A stretch of 64,000 nucleotides of DNA from Candidatus Poribacteria bacterium (GTDB lineage: Bacteria; Poribacteria; WGA-4E; PCPOR2b), in assembly GCA_965208675.1 (NCBI GenBank), contig OZ242351.1, forward strand, positions 384,001 to 448,000, given 5' to 3'. Position numbers and translations under genes: made by a program. Under the pieces are notes generated by a model. It saw only the letters and a list, made by a program, of their open reading frames with translations, ran no database searches and had not been told where the DNA came from. Of this stretch, positions 8,992-17,986 are shown one piece after another (position 1 is the stretch's first letter; each line of letters starts with the position of its first letter).

Positions 8992-10371
8992 ATGAGCAAC
9001 CAAAACCAAGTCAACCGTCGCCAATTTTTGAGTTGTGCGTTCGCCGGATGTCTGACAAGTGTGCTTGGTCCCTTTGCAAAATTGTCTCTTGCGGCAGAAC
9101 TCTTTGCAGGACACCCGTTGGCACCCAAATTGACGCATCATCCCGCGAAAGCCAAAAATCTAATCTTCGTGTTTCTAACCGGCGGATTCGCTCATGTCGA
9201 CACTTTTGACTATAAACCGAAGCTGCAGAGCGATCACGGCAAGGAAATTCCGGCCTGGGGCACCCAAAAACCGCTTATGGGATCGCCGTTTGAATTCCAA
9301 CCATACGGTGAGTCAGGGCTGATGATTAGCGAACTGTTCCCACATCTGGGCGGTATGGCAGACGAACTATGCATCATCAAAAGCCTGCACACCGATATCG
9401 TTGAGCATTTTCAAGCTACCCTTGCCATGCACACAGGATCGGCGACCATACCAATGCCTAGTATCGGAGCTTGGCTAAGTTACGGTTTGGGCACGCAAAA
9501 TCAGAACCTGCCGTCATACATGGTTTTGTGCGAAAACATACCCTATGCTGGGTCGCAGGTATGGGATAATCATTTTCTTCCGCCGCTGCATCAAGGTGTG
9601 CGTATACAACCTGGTGATGAGCCGGTTGCAAACCTGAAGTCGAAGTCTCAAGCGGTAACGCTTAAAGAGCTCGAGCACATCATGCTGCGAGACATTAATA
9701 AAATCCACGTCCGTGAGCGTCCTGGAGATTTGGAACTGCTCGCCCGAATGAACGCCAACGACACCGCAGTTGGAATGATGCAAACCGCGCCAATGGTGTT
9801 CGATCTCACCAGAGAGAACGATGCCACATTCGATCTGTATGGGCTGACGCGCGGAGACAACAGTTCATTCGCGTGGCAGTGCCTCGTTGCACGCCGCCTG
9901 GTGGAAAACGGTGTTCGCGTCGTGGAGCTCATCGACACCGGAGCCACTAACAACTGGGATGCGCACGGGAATATGCAAGATCACCGTCCGAAAGCGGAAC
10001 GCGTAGATCGCCCGCTCGCTGCGTTAATCAGGGATTTGAAGGATCGTGGAATGCTCGATGAAACGCTTATCGCTATTTGCACGGAATTCGGACGCACGCC
10101 GTTTTCAAATAATATGGCGGGACGCGAACATCATGCTAGCGCCTTCTCATGTCTGCTCGCGGGTGCCGGCGTCCAGGGCGGGACAACTTACGGCGAAACA
10201 GATGACTACGGCGTTGAGATTGCTTCTCTACCCTGTCACGTCCACGACTACCACGCCACTATCCTGCACCTCATGGGCATTGACCACACAAAATTGACTT
10301 ACCGTTATGCGGGTCGAGATTTCCGCCTAACAGATGTGAGCGGAAATGTCCTCCAAGAAGTTCTGGCATGA
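8992..10371 (+). CDS. DUF1501 domain protein (Tat signal)
   Basis: NRRQFL Tat motif; GGFAHVDTFDYKP, CLVARRLVENGVRVV, EFGRTP, GRDFRLTDV. Usual partner of the upstream gene. Confidence 0.92.
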   Translation: MSNQNQVNRRQFLSCAFAGCLTSVLGPFAKLSLAAELFAGHPLAPKLTHHPAKAKNLIFVFLTGGFAHVDTFDYKPKLQSDHGKEIPAWGTQKPLMGSPFEFQPYGESGLMISELFPHLGGMADELCIIKSLHTDIVEHFQATLAMHTGSATIPMPSIGAWLSYGLGTQNQNLPSYMVLCENIPYAGSQVWDNHFLPPLHQGVRIQPGDEPVANLKSKSQAVTLKELEHIMLRDINKIHVRERPGDLELLARMNANDTAVGMMQTAPMVFDLTRENDATFDLYGLTRGDNSSFAWQCLVARRLVENGVRVVELIDTGATNNWDAHGNMQDHRPKAERVDRPLAALIRDLKDRGMLDETLIAICTEFGRTPFSNNMAGREHHASAFSCLLAGAGVQGGTTYGETDDYGVEIASLPCHVHDYHATILHLMGIDHTKLTYRYAGRDFRLTDVSGNVLQEVLA

Positions 10372-10424
10372 TTTCGGGTGTAGTTGGAGTGCCTAAATCG
10401 CCTTCTTACTTTCTGCTGCACTTG

Positions 10425-11825
10425 CTAGGCAAACTGGCGAAAGACGGTATAACTGGCGAGAGCGACCATGATGAGAAAGCATATCCAAAGAATGGAGTCG
10501 GCCTTCCACGTTGGTCTAATATGGCGGTTTACGTGGGTATAGCGCAGGTAGATCGTGCTGCCGGCGACGATTGGCATCATTATTGCCGCAATTGTGCCGC
10601 TTATGGTGAGCATCCAGACAGGGTTTTCAATAAAGAAATAGCACAGCGCCATGATCATGGGGGAAACTACAGCCCAGATTCGCATGACCCGCACACGGCC
10701 TCGATAGTCATCGGGATTAATCACGCCCAATACACCCATCGCGTCAGCAATCATGCGTGTACCCCCTGCTAGTGCTGAAACCACGGTCGAGAACAATACA
10801 AAGAATGCCCCTAGCAGGAATAACCACGCCGCCCATTCACCCAACGTTTGAGTGTACACGTGGGATAAGATGCTGATCGTGTTGAGACCATTCGGTACGG
10901 TTTCCATTTGATGCAACACACCGGCCCCCAACATATAGAAGGGCACTGTCGCACAAGTCAACACTCCCAATGTCAGCAATACATCAGCCTGCATGACCCG
11001 TATCCAGCCGCGTGCGCGGTGTATCCATTCCGGACTATCATCAGTAGGCCCTGTGAAACGTGCATAACCCTTCTCCACGCACCAATACGTATAGGACATT
11101 GACTCACCCGCAGTCACCCCGGTGGCGCCGTATGCTCCCAGCGCAGCAGCCACTGCGTATGCCGGGAACTGAAATTGTAAGCCAGCGCCCACATCGCCCC
11201 ACGTAATCGCATATGGAGTGAATTGCAACATGACAGCGCACGCCAGCGTGAGAAAAGTAAAAGTTGCAACCATAAAGGTCATCAACTTTTCTAGGAAGCG
11301 ATAGGTGCCGCTCAGAATCAAAACCACCGCTAGTGCAGCAAACATTACCGTCCACCATTTCGATGCGAGAAATGGAAACGCCATGTGAACCGCCTGCCCT
11401 ACCCCGCCGTAGACGCCGCCGCCGCCTAAGTGCGCCGGAATTTGCTGGAACATCCACAACCAGATAAACCATGAAATCGTCTTTCGAGGTCCCGGTAGTT
11501 TGCCCGGCAATCGATTAAAGGCGTGCAGCACAGTCTCGCCGGAAGAAACCGTATAACGCCCCAGTTCTGCCTGGACAATACTCTTTCCCCAACTGCTTAC
11601 CAACATCCACCAGAACATCACGAATCCAACGGTTGCGCCGAGTGTCGTTGTCATGATAATCTCACCGGAGCCAACTACGGTGCCTACCAAGATTAACCCC
11701 GGTCCGAGAAACTTCAGCGTATTCCATAACCCGACGGGCGGTTCTCTAGCATCTTCATGATGGCGAGTATAAGGATCTATGTGGAGATTCTGCCTAGATG
11801 GTTTAAGTTCATCATTTTGTGGCAT
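10425..11825 (-). CDS. Nramp-like (APC superfamily) transporter
   Basis: LGPGLILVGTVVGSGE and QAELGRY motifs; about 11 TM helices. Confidence 0.8.
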   Translation of the reverse strand: MPQNDELKPSRQNLHIDPYTRHHEDAREPPVGLWNTLKFLGPGLILVGTVVGSGEIIMTTTLGATVGFVMFWWMLVSSWGKSIVQAELGRYTVSSGETVLHAFNRLPGKLPGPRKTISWFIWLWMFQQIPAHLGGGGVYGGVGQAVHMAFPFLASKWWTVMFAALAVVLILSGTYRFLEKLMTFMVATFTFLTLACAVMLQFTPYAITWGDVGAGLQFQFPAYAVAAALGAYGATGVTAGESMSYTYWCVEKGYARFTGPTDDSPEWIHRARGWIRVMQADVLLTLGVLTCATVPFYMLGAGVLHQMETVPNGLNTISILSHVYTQTLGEWAAWLFLLGAFFVLFSTVVSALAGGTRMIADAMGVLGVINPDDYRGRVRVMRIWAVVSPMIMALCYFFIENPVWMLTISGTIAAIMMPIVAGSTIYLRYTHVNRHIRPTWKADSILWICFLIMVALASYTVFRQFA

Positions 11826-11912
11826 TTGCCAGTACCCCAGTTGGTAAATTCTGTATTTGCCGTCTAGTGGAAAAAACGCATACGCAAAGGTGAGGTTTCA
11901 ATCTTCATAAAC

Positions 11913-14504
11913 TCATCCCATAGACGCCAATTCCAACTGATCCTTCCATAATATTTGCAACATCGCTTTTAATGCTTGGTGCTCTGCTCTCTTCAGTGTC
12001 GGATCGGACTTTGTGAGTAACGCCGCCTCGGATTTTGCAAGCTCAAGCAGTGGGGCATCTCTGATAATATTGGCAATTTTGAAATCCGGAAGTCCGGATT
12101 GCCGTGTCCCAAAAAATTCACCCGGCCCCCGAATTCGCAGGTCTTCCTCTGCAAGCTTAAATCCGTCGTTGGTCAGTGTCATTGCTTTGATGCGGCTCAC
12201 GCTATCTTCACCTTTCGGATTGGCAATGAGGTAGCAGGAGGATTTGTGTTTGCCGCGTCCAACGCGGCCGCGCAACTGATGCAATTGCGCTAAACCGAAC
12301 CGTTCAGCATTTTCAATCACCATTATCGTGGCGTTAGGGCAATCAATTCCGACTTCAATGACTGTTGTTGACACCAAAACATCAATTTGCCGATTCTTCA
12401 GGTGAAACATCACTTCCTGTTTCTCGGCTGATTTCATCCGCCCGTGTAAAAGCCCGACTCGTAGGTGAGGAAAGACGCTGTTTTGGAAGTGTTCCGCCAT
12501 TTCCGTTGCAGCTTTTGTATCTTCAAGTTTTTCTGATTCTTCAACGAGCGGATACACGATGTAAGCCTGCCTCCCGCGCCGAATTTCCGTCTCAATTTGC
12601 GCGTACAGTTGGCTGCGGTTTTTCTCTTTCACCCATTTTGTGGCAATCTCACGCCGCCCAGGCGGCATCTCATCTATCACCGAGACATTTAAGTCGCCAT
12701 AGACTGTTAATGCAAGCGTTCGAGGAATAGGCGTGGCTGTCATAACAAGTACATCAGGAGTATTTCCTTTGTCCCGCAGCGTCGCCCGCTGCATAACGCC
12801 GAAGCGGTGCTGCTCGTCAATGATGACGAGGCCTAGCTGGTGAAATTCAACACCCTCTTGGATTAGGGCGTGCGTCCCAACAACGATGTGCGCTGAACCA
12901 TCCGCGGTGGCAGCGAGGACCGCTTCACGTTCTTTCTTAGGAAGTTCGCTTTTGAGCAACACCACGTTTAAGTTCATGGGTTTGAGTAGTTCGGTTAAGT
13001 TGTATACGTGTTGCTCGGCTAGAATCTCCGTAGGCACCATGATTGTACCTTGGTACCCGCTCTGGATGGCGCACAGCAGCGCTATTACCGCAACGATGGT
13101 CTTACCGGACCCGACATCGCCTTGGAGCAACCGATTCATAGCTTGAGCCATGCTCATGTCGCTTTTGATTTCCGCAATGACCCGTTCTTGTGCATGAGTC
13201 AATTGGAACGGCAGAGAATCGAAAAATTTTCGAATTAGGTCGCCTTCAACTTGGAAAACAATCCCTTTTTCTTTCATCTCCCACCGCCGCTTTTTTAATT
13301 CAAGCCCTACTTCCAGCAGTAAGAATTCTTCAAACACAAGCCGTCGTCGCGCAGCTTTGAGTGATGGTTCCGAGGTCGGAAAGTGGATTTCGCCAATCGC
13401 GGAACGCCGGTCCAACAACCGATGTTTTCGAAGGAGGTCTAACGGGAGAATGTCGGGACACCGCTCTAGGTTTTCATCAAGTACGCTTTTCACCCATTGG
13501 CGGAGCATGCGTTGAGTGACATTAGCCGTTAGCGGGTATTTCGGCACGATTCGACCGGTGTGAATCAGGTCAGCATCCTCATCGTCAAGTATTTCGACTT
13601 CAAAGTCGGTCGTCTGAATCTCATTGTTGCGGCGGGCGAATTTCCCGCTCACGACCACCCGCGTCCCGATTTTCAACTGGTGCTTGAGATAAGTAATTCG
13701 ACGTCCAAAACTCACAAGCATTGCCACTCCCGTTTCATCGTAGACGGCAAATTTGCCGACCGGCTTGGCGCCGCGGCGGCGCGGGGTAAATTGTGTCCGA
13801 TTGACAATTTTCCCTTGAATTGTCTCGTGCCCATCTGCCCGCCCAACATCATAGATTGACCGAAACTGACTCCGATTCAGATAGCCCCTTGGGTAGTATT
13901 GCAATAAATCCCCAACCGTATGAATATCGAGTTCTGATGCGAGTTTCTCCGCACGCCGCGGGCCGATGCCCTTTGAGCACTTAATCGATGTCTGTAGAAA
14001 ATTTAGTGAAGAAGGGTCGGTCGAAGCCGGTGCATCTGAAATCGTGGCTTTTAAAGTAGAGAATTCTGCCTGAATCTCAGCGCTTGCCGCTGGTGAAGAA
14101 ACGTCTGAAATATCAAGAATTGGACCTGGAATTTTGGACGGTTCTTCATCTGCTGATTGGATCAGTGCGGCAGTATGAGGGCTTGATTGCAACAGGGCGG
14201 AATCTTCGGCCGAAGACGTTGCCGCCGGCGTATCGCCCAGCATCTTCTTTATTTGTTGTGTTGCGTTATGGATTACGTCAAGCCGCTCTGTCGGTGACAA
14301 CACCGCATAATCTGCAAACATATTCGCCATCGCGTTTAGCGACTTTTCTTCGGCGGGATTAAGTAACAAGGCGCGGGCCTTTTCCACCCAATTGGACACG
14401 TAGTTTCCGAGACCGTTAACCGCCGCATCGTTCTCGCACCCGTTGCGGACTTCCTGTTGAAATGGGCGGCGAATTGTCCTTAGTATTTCGGAAAGTTCAT
14501 TCAT
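11913..14504 (-). CDS. recG: ATP-dependent DNA helicase RecG
   Basis: LLQGDVGSGKT, IIDEQHRFG, MTATPIPRT, QLHQLRGRVGRG, RGPGEFFGTRQSG; N-terminal extension. Confidence 0.97.
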   Translation of the reverse strand: MNELSEILRTIRRPFQQEVRNGCENDAAVNGLGNYVSNWVEKARALLLNPAEEKSLNAMANMFADYAVLSPTERLDVIHNATQQIKKMLGDTPAATSSAEDSALLQSSPHTAALIQSADEEPSKIPGPILDISDVSSPAASAEIQAEFSTLKATISDAPASTDPSSLNFLQTSIKCSKGIGPRRAEKLASELDIHTVGDLLQYYPRGYLNRSQFRSIYDVGRADGHETIQGKIVNRTQFTPRRRGAKPVGKFAVYDETGVAMLVSFGRRITYLKHQLKIGTRVVVSGKFARRNNEIQTTDFEVEILDDEDADLIHTGRIVPKYPLTANVTQRMLRQWVKSVLDENLERCPDILPLDLLRKHRLLDRRSAIGEIHFPTSEPSLKAARRRLVFEEFLLLEVGLELKKRRWEMKEKGIVFQVEGDLIRKFFDSLPFQLTHAQERVIAEIKSDMSMAQAMNRLLQGDVGSGKTIVAVIALLCAIQSGYQGTIMVPTEILAEQHVYNLTELLKPMNLNVVLLKSELPKKEREAVLAATADGSAHIVVGTHALIQEGVEFHQLGLVIIDEQHRFGVMQRATLRDKGNTPDVLVMTATPIPRTLALTVYGDLNVSVIDEMPPGRREIATKWVKEKNRSQLYAQIETEIRRGRQAYIVYPLVEESEKLEDTKAATEMAEHFQNSVFPHLRVGLLHGRMKSAEKQEVMFHLKNRQIDVLVSTTVIEVGIDCPNATIMVIENAERFGLAQLHQLRGRVGRGKHKSSCYLIANPKGEDSVSRIKAMTLTNDGFKLAEEDLRIRGPGEFFGTRQSGLPDFKIANIIRDAPLLELAKSEAALLTKSDPTLKRAEHQALKAMLQILWKDQLELASMG

Positions 14505-14927
14505 ATTGTTTGAATCACAGATCCAAATTTCGACAAATCAATTGGGTGGATCCTACCGGTTAGTTTCATGCATCCCGATTACTAAGCAGACAAGCGGCTG
14601 TCAACATCTACGAATTGTATTGTAAACAACAGTTCGCTTACATTATACACCAATGTACACTCAACTCAAAAAACATAATGCGGTAGAACGAGGGCGAACA
14701 GAGTTTACTTCGCGGTGAAAATCTTACCTTAAGAACTGAAGCGCAGCGATTTTTCAAGTATTTCAAAAATACAGATGATAATTTCTTTCCAATTTTGGAA
14801 AACTATTATATACTATCAATATTTCTTGAAGTACCAAAAAATCTATCGCTTGTTTTTGTGCTTAATTTTAATTAACGCAATGATAACTTGAAGGCTTGAA
14901 TAAATCCAGTCATAGAGCGGGTTTCTC

Positions 14928-14957
14928 TTGTTTTATCCTAGTTAAATATGGTATAAT
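14928..14957 (+). promoter_or_regulatory. promoter of IS1595 transposase
   Basis: TTGTTT-18 nt-TATAAT with TGn extended -10; AGGAGG RBS before ATG 14997. Confidence 0.55.
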
Positions 14958-14996
14958 TACTTAACAAATCTTAACCATATAACTAGGAGGCAAGCG

Positions 14997-15890
14997 ATGA
15001 ATCTGATAAGGATTATGAATCAGTTTACAGATCAGAAATCCTGTATCGAACATCTCGAAGCAATTCGCTGGGGCAAACAACCCTATTGCCCCTATTGCGG
15101 AAGTTTGGACGTGGCTCGCAAGGAAGAAAACGGAAAGATTGGTAGATGGAACTGCCATCTGTGCAAATCCAGTTTCAATGTCCTTGCCAAGACCATGTTC
15201 GCCGGAACACGTGTGCCACTTCAAAAGTGGTTTCTCGCTATTGCACTTGTGGCAAACGCCAAAAAGAGCATATCGAGTTACCAACTGGCACGTGATATAG
15301 GCGTAACTCAGCCTACCGCTTTGTATATGCAACACCGTATCCGTGCTGAGATGGCTCGGAAGTCGTCCCCATTGCTCAAAGGTATCTTGGAAGCTGATGA
15401 GACCTTTATTGGTGGCAAGCCAAGGCGCCGGAAAGACGATGACGGCAATCTGCCGCCGCCCAGCCCACGCGGACGCGGCACAAAGAAAACCAAGGTGCTT
15501 GGCGTTGTAGAGCGCGGGGGTGCTGTTGCTGCAAGAGTCTTGACACATCTGGGCAGTTCTGCTATAATGAAGTTCATTAAGCAGTTTACCAAGCCCAAAG
15601 AATCAACGCTCATGACGGACGAATACAAAGGCTATCTGCCTGTCAAGTCTATCATGGAGCATAAGGTCGTCAAACATGCCGAGCGCAAGTATGTTGATGA
15701 GGACGACCCGTCAATCCACACGAACACCATTGAAGGGTTCTGGAGTTTAATCAAGCGAGCATGGTACGGGACGCATCATCACTATTCAAAGAAAAACGCC
15801 CCGCTATACGTAGCCGAGGCGTGTTACAAGTACAACAACAGAGGCGTGAGGAAATTGTTCGATAAGTTTCTCAGGGGGTGTTTTGCGTAG
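14997..15890 (+). CDS. IS1595-family (ISXO2-like) transposase
   Basis: N-terminal Zn ribbon CPYC...CHLC, HTH, LEADETFIGG, LMTDEY, HTNTIEGFWSLIKR, YKYNNR. Confidence 0.93.
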   Translation: MNLIRIMNQFTDQKSCIEHLEAIRWGKQPYCPYCGSLDVARKEENGKIGRWNCHLCKSSFNVLAKTMFAGTRVPLQKWFLAIALVANAKKSISSYQLARDIGVTQPTALYMQHRIRAEMARKSSPLLKGILEADETFIGGKPRRRKDDDGNLPPPSPRGRGTKKTKVLGVVERGGAVAARVLTHLGSSAIMKFIKQFTKPKESTLMTDEYKGYLPVKSIMEHKVVKHAERKYVDEDDPSIHTNTIEGFWSLIKRAWYGTHHHYSKKNAPLYVAEACYKYNNRGVRKLFDKFLRGCFA

Positions 15891-16107
15891 TAGGCGGCAC
15901 AGGCGGTTGCGGGTGGACATATACACCGTGATATTGGGTCAAGTGATTGATATACGCTTGGGTAAGTGTGTTGAGTTGAGTTCGGATAGCATCTAATTGT
16001 CGATTCGTGTCTTTTTCCATCATGGAGATTTGTGTTGTAATCTTCCACCACATACTTAACATGGTTAAGACCAAAACAGCAGTACAGCATATGATAGTTG
16101 CTTCCAT
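15871..16107 (-). CDS. small TM + coiled-coil passenger protein
   Basis: AGGAGGTG RBS; N-terminal TM; LNTLTQAYINHLTQYH resembles the C-terminus of the 28454-28897 protein. Confidence 0.65.
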   Translation of the reverse strand: MEATIICCTAVLVLTMLSMWWKITTQISMMEKDTNRQLDAIRTQLNTLTQAYINHLTQYHGVYVHPQPPVPPTTQNTP

Positions 16108-16122
16108 TGTATTTCACCTCCT

Positions 16123-16158
16123 AAAAAAAGCCGCCAAACCACATTGTTTGACGGCTTT
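16123..16158 (-). terminator. intrinsic terminator directly upstream of the RBS of 15871-16107
   Basis: AAAGCCGTCAAAC-aatgtg-GTTTGGCGGCTTT with T7, followed immediately by AGGAGG. Confidence 0.65.
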
Positions 16159-16240
16159 AGGTATTCGACGATTTGATTACATTGGATAGACAAAAGCAAG
16201 GAGTTTTCTGCCTTGCGATTAGGTGTAACCAAACGCGAGT

Positions 16241-16269
16241 ATTGTATACTATTACATTGCGTTTGTCAA
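16241..16269 (-). promoter_or_regulatory. sigma70 promoter
   Basis: TTGACA-17 nt-TACAAT. Confidence 0.7.
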
Positions 16270-16438
16270 ACAACAAAAGTATGGCGACGGGAGCGTAAGT
16301 TCCTAATCAATCGACAACAGTAGTGTGGTTAAATTGTCTCCCACCCCCGTCATAAGAGGGAGGCGAGAACAGGCTGGAGGGGCCAACGGCCATTGGATTA
16401 CTAGGACAATGGACGCGGCCAAATTGCCTGTTCCCCCC

Positions 16439-16466
16439 ATAAGTTTCTCAAGGGGTGTTTTGCGTA
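16439..16466 (+). repeat. 28-bp direct repeat of the transposase 3' end (15862-15889)
   Basis: ATAAGTTTCTCA[g/a]GGGGTGTTTTGCGTA, 27/28 identical. Confidence 0.9.
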
Positions 16467-16521
16467 AGGGGGGAACACCACAGGAGAACCAGTACGGTTG
16501 AGTGTTGAAATGTGTCAGTGT

Positions 16522-16770
16522 TTATCTATGATTTACAATAGACACTGATCCCAAGAGTTTGCGCTGTTGTTCAGCGGTTACTCGTAACAATGTCGCGGCG
16601 CGGGCACTACCGTTAGCGTCAAATGCACCCGTCCGCACTCTTGCTTCAAAATATGAAGCAAAGGTTTCCAATATTTGGACTTGTGTGTCAAAGTTCAGCA
16701 CGTCGCCAGTGTTATCGGAAATCAACTGTATCATTTCCGCACTCCTTTCTAAGCAGCGCGTACTGGTCAT
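16522..16770 (-). CDS. small hypothetical passenger protein (alternative start 16734)
   Basis: 82-aa ORF; AAGGAG RBS before the ATG at 16734, AGGA before 16770; flanked by an inverted repeat. Confidence 0.55.
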   Translation of the reverse strand: MTSTRCLERSAEMIQLISDNTGDVLNFDTQVQILETFASYFEARVRTGAFDANGSARAATLLRVTAEQQRKLLGSVSIVNHR

Positions 16771-16939
16771 TGTATTTCCTGTGGTGTTCCATAAGGGCAG
16801 TGGGTGTTACCAGCACCCACTGCTAGTTATCCACAACTTTTCCACAATAGGATGAATACATAGGGTACGATGGCTAAAAGCATCATTACTATTGCGGTTT
16901 CAATGCGTTCTCGTATTCTGAACATTTGGAGGTAGTGTC

Positions 16940-17101
16940 GTGAAAAAGGTTAAGAAGTTAATCGGGCGCATAATGTACAGAATGATACAATGGCGACTGA
17001 TTGATTATGTGCCCGATCTACAACGTACTAGTGGTGCGCCACTGGTACGATTAGAGCCCAGCAATGAAGCCAATAAAAAATTGAGTGGTACTCCAATTTA
17101 G
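16940..17101 (+). CDS. 53-aa basic hypothetical peptide
   Basis: Below the ORF-track cutoff. GGAGGT RBS, GTG start, MKKVKKLIGRIMYRMIQWRLIDYVPDLQ...GTPI*. Confidence 0.4.
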   Translation: MKKVKKLIGRIMYRMIQWRLIDYVPDLQRTSGAPLVRLEPSNEANKKLSGTPI

Positions 17102-17298
17102 AGGACTTTAATATCACCGCGCCCATCTTGATGAACACTGAGTTTAATAACAGGTTCGCCGCTCTTATTGAAGATGTCAATATACGCACCTAAATTATCG
17201 ATCGACACTTCAATTTTAGACCGGTTTGATGGGTGAACAACGGTTAAATGTTCACAAGTAACATGTCGAAATATTTCATCCTTGGGTTGTTTTTGCAT
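17098..17298 (-). CDS. small hypothetical protein
   Basis: AAGGAGG RBS; overlaps the stop of the upstream gene, suggesting an operon. Confidence 0.6.
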   Translation of the reverse strand: MQKQPKDEIFRHVTCEHLTVVHPSNRSKIEVSIDNLGAYIDIFNKSGEPVIKLSVHQDGRGDIKVL

Positions 17299-17986
17299 TG
17301 TGAACCTCCTTGCAATCGGGACATAGGCGGTATCCTATTGCCATAACTATTCGCACGATGCTTTCGCGTATAGGCAACGTCAAGTATTTACATGATTTAT
17401 CAAGATGGTACTTGTTGCTCGTGGCGCAAGTGTAAACTACCGTAGTCTCAGGAAGGTGCACTAACTCAGCTGGCGCATCTTCCCATGGGTAAGATGTATC
17501 AGCTTCAGCCGTCGTATACCGGTTTGGCTTTACTGGCAGTTCGGTATCGCGTTGCAAGCCGTCCACATGCCACGAGTAAATCAAGCCATTTGGTCGTGTG
17601 AACATCTGTATGACAAGTGGCATAGCATTGCGTTGTTTGGCTTTAGCACGCAACGCATTCGATATTCCGGTTAATGCTCCACTTAATGCTCCACCGCCGG
17701 TACGTGGAGGGGAAGCAGGCCTCGTTGGGATATAAAATCGTTTTTCCCAAACGTAAATACTGCCATCTTGTCCATCAGATGCAGTATACGAATATGCTCC
17801 GTTCACTTGGATATATTCCGATATGTGTGAACCAACCCAAGAGTTCATTGCGTTTTGGCGTTGTTCTGCCATTTTGTGGGCACACCCTAGTCCTACAATT
17901 GATGTTAGCAACAATGCGACGCCTAGACGCTTTGTAATAGCATCCAGGCGTTTGTGATTGAGTTCCGATTGTTCCAATGTTGACAT
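17276..17986 (-). CDS. putative lipoprotein with C-terminal Cys/His metal-binding module
   Basis: Start revised to MSTLEQ (AAGGAG RBS). Hydrophobic stretch ending GLGC. VYTCATSNKYH...C...GYRLCPDC resembles the Ada-like/ComEC-associated Zn module. Confidence 0.65.
   Translation of the reverse strand: MSTLEQSELNHKRLDAITKRLGVALLLTSIVGLGCAHKMAEQRQNAMNSWVGSHISEYIQVNGAYSYTASDGQDGSIYVWEKRFYIPTRPASPPRTGGGALSGALTGISNALRAKAKQRNAMPLVIQMFTRPNGLIYSWHVDGLQRDTELPVKPNRYTTAEADTSYPWEDAPAELVHLPETTVVYTCATSNKYHLDKSCKYLTLPIRESIVRIVMAIGYRLCPDCKEVHNAKTTQG

Noticed and set aside
14961-15548. 195-aa antisense ORF in IS1595, and the many other overlapping ORFs in the track
   Set aside because: Shadow ORFs of well-supported genes, with no motifs or RBS.
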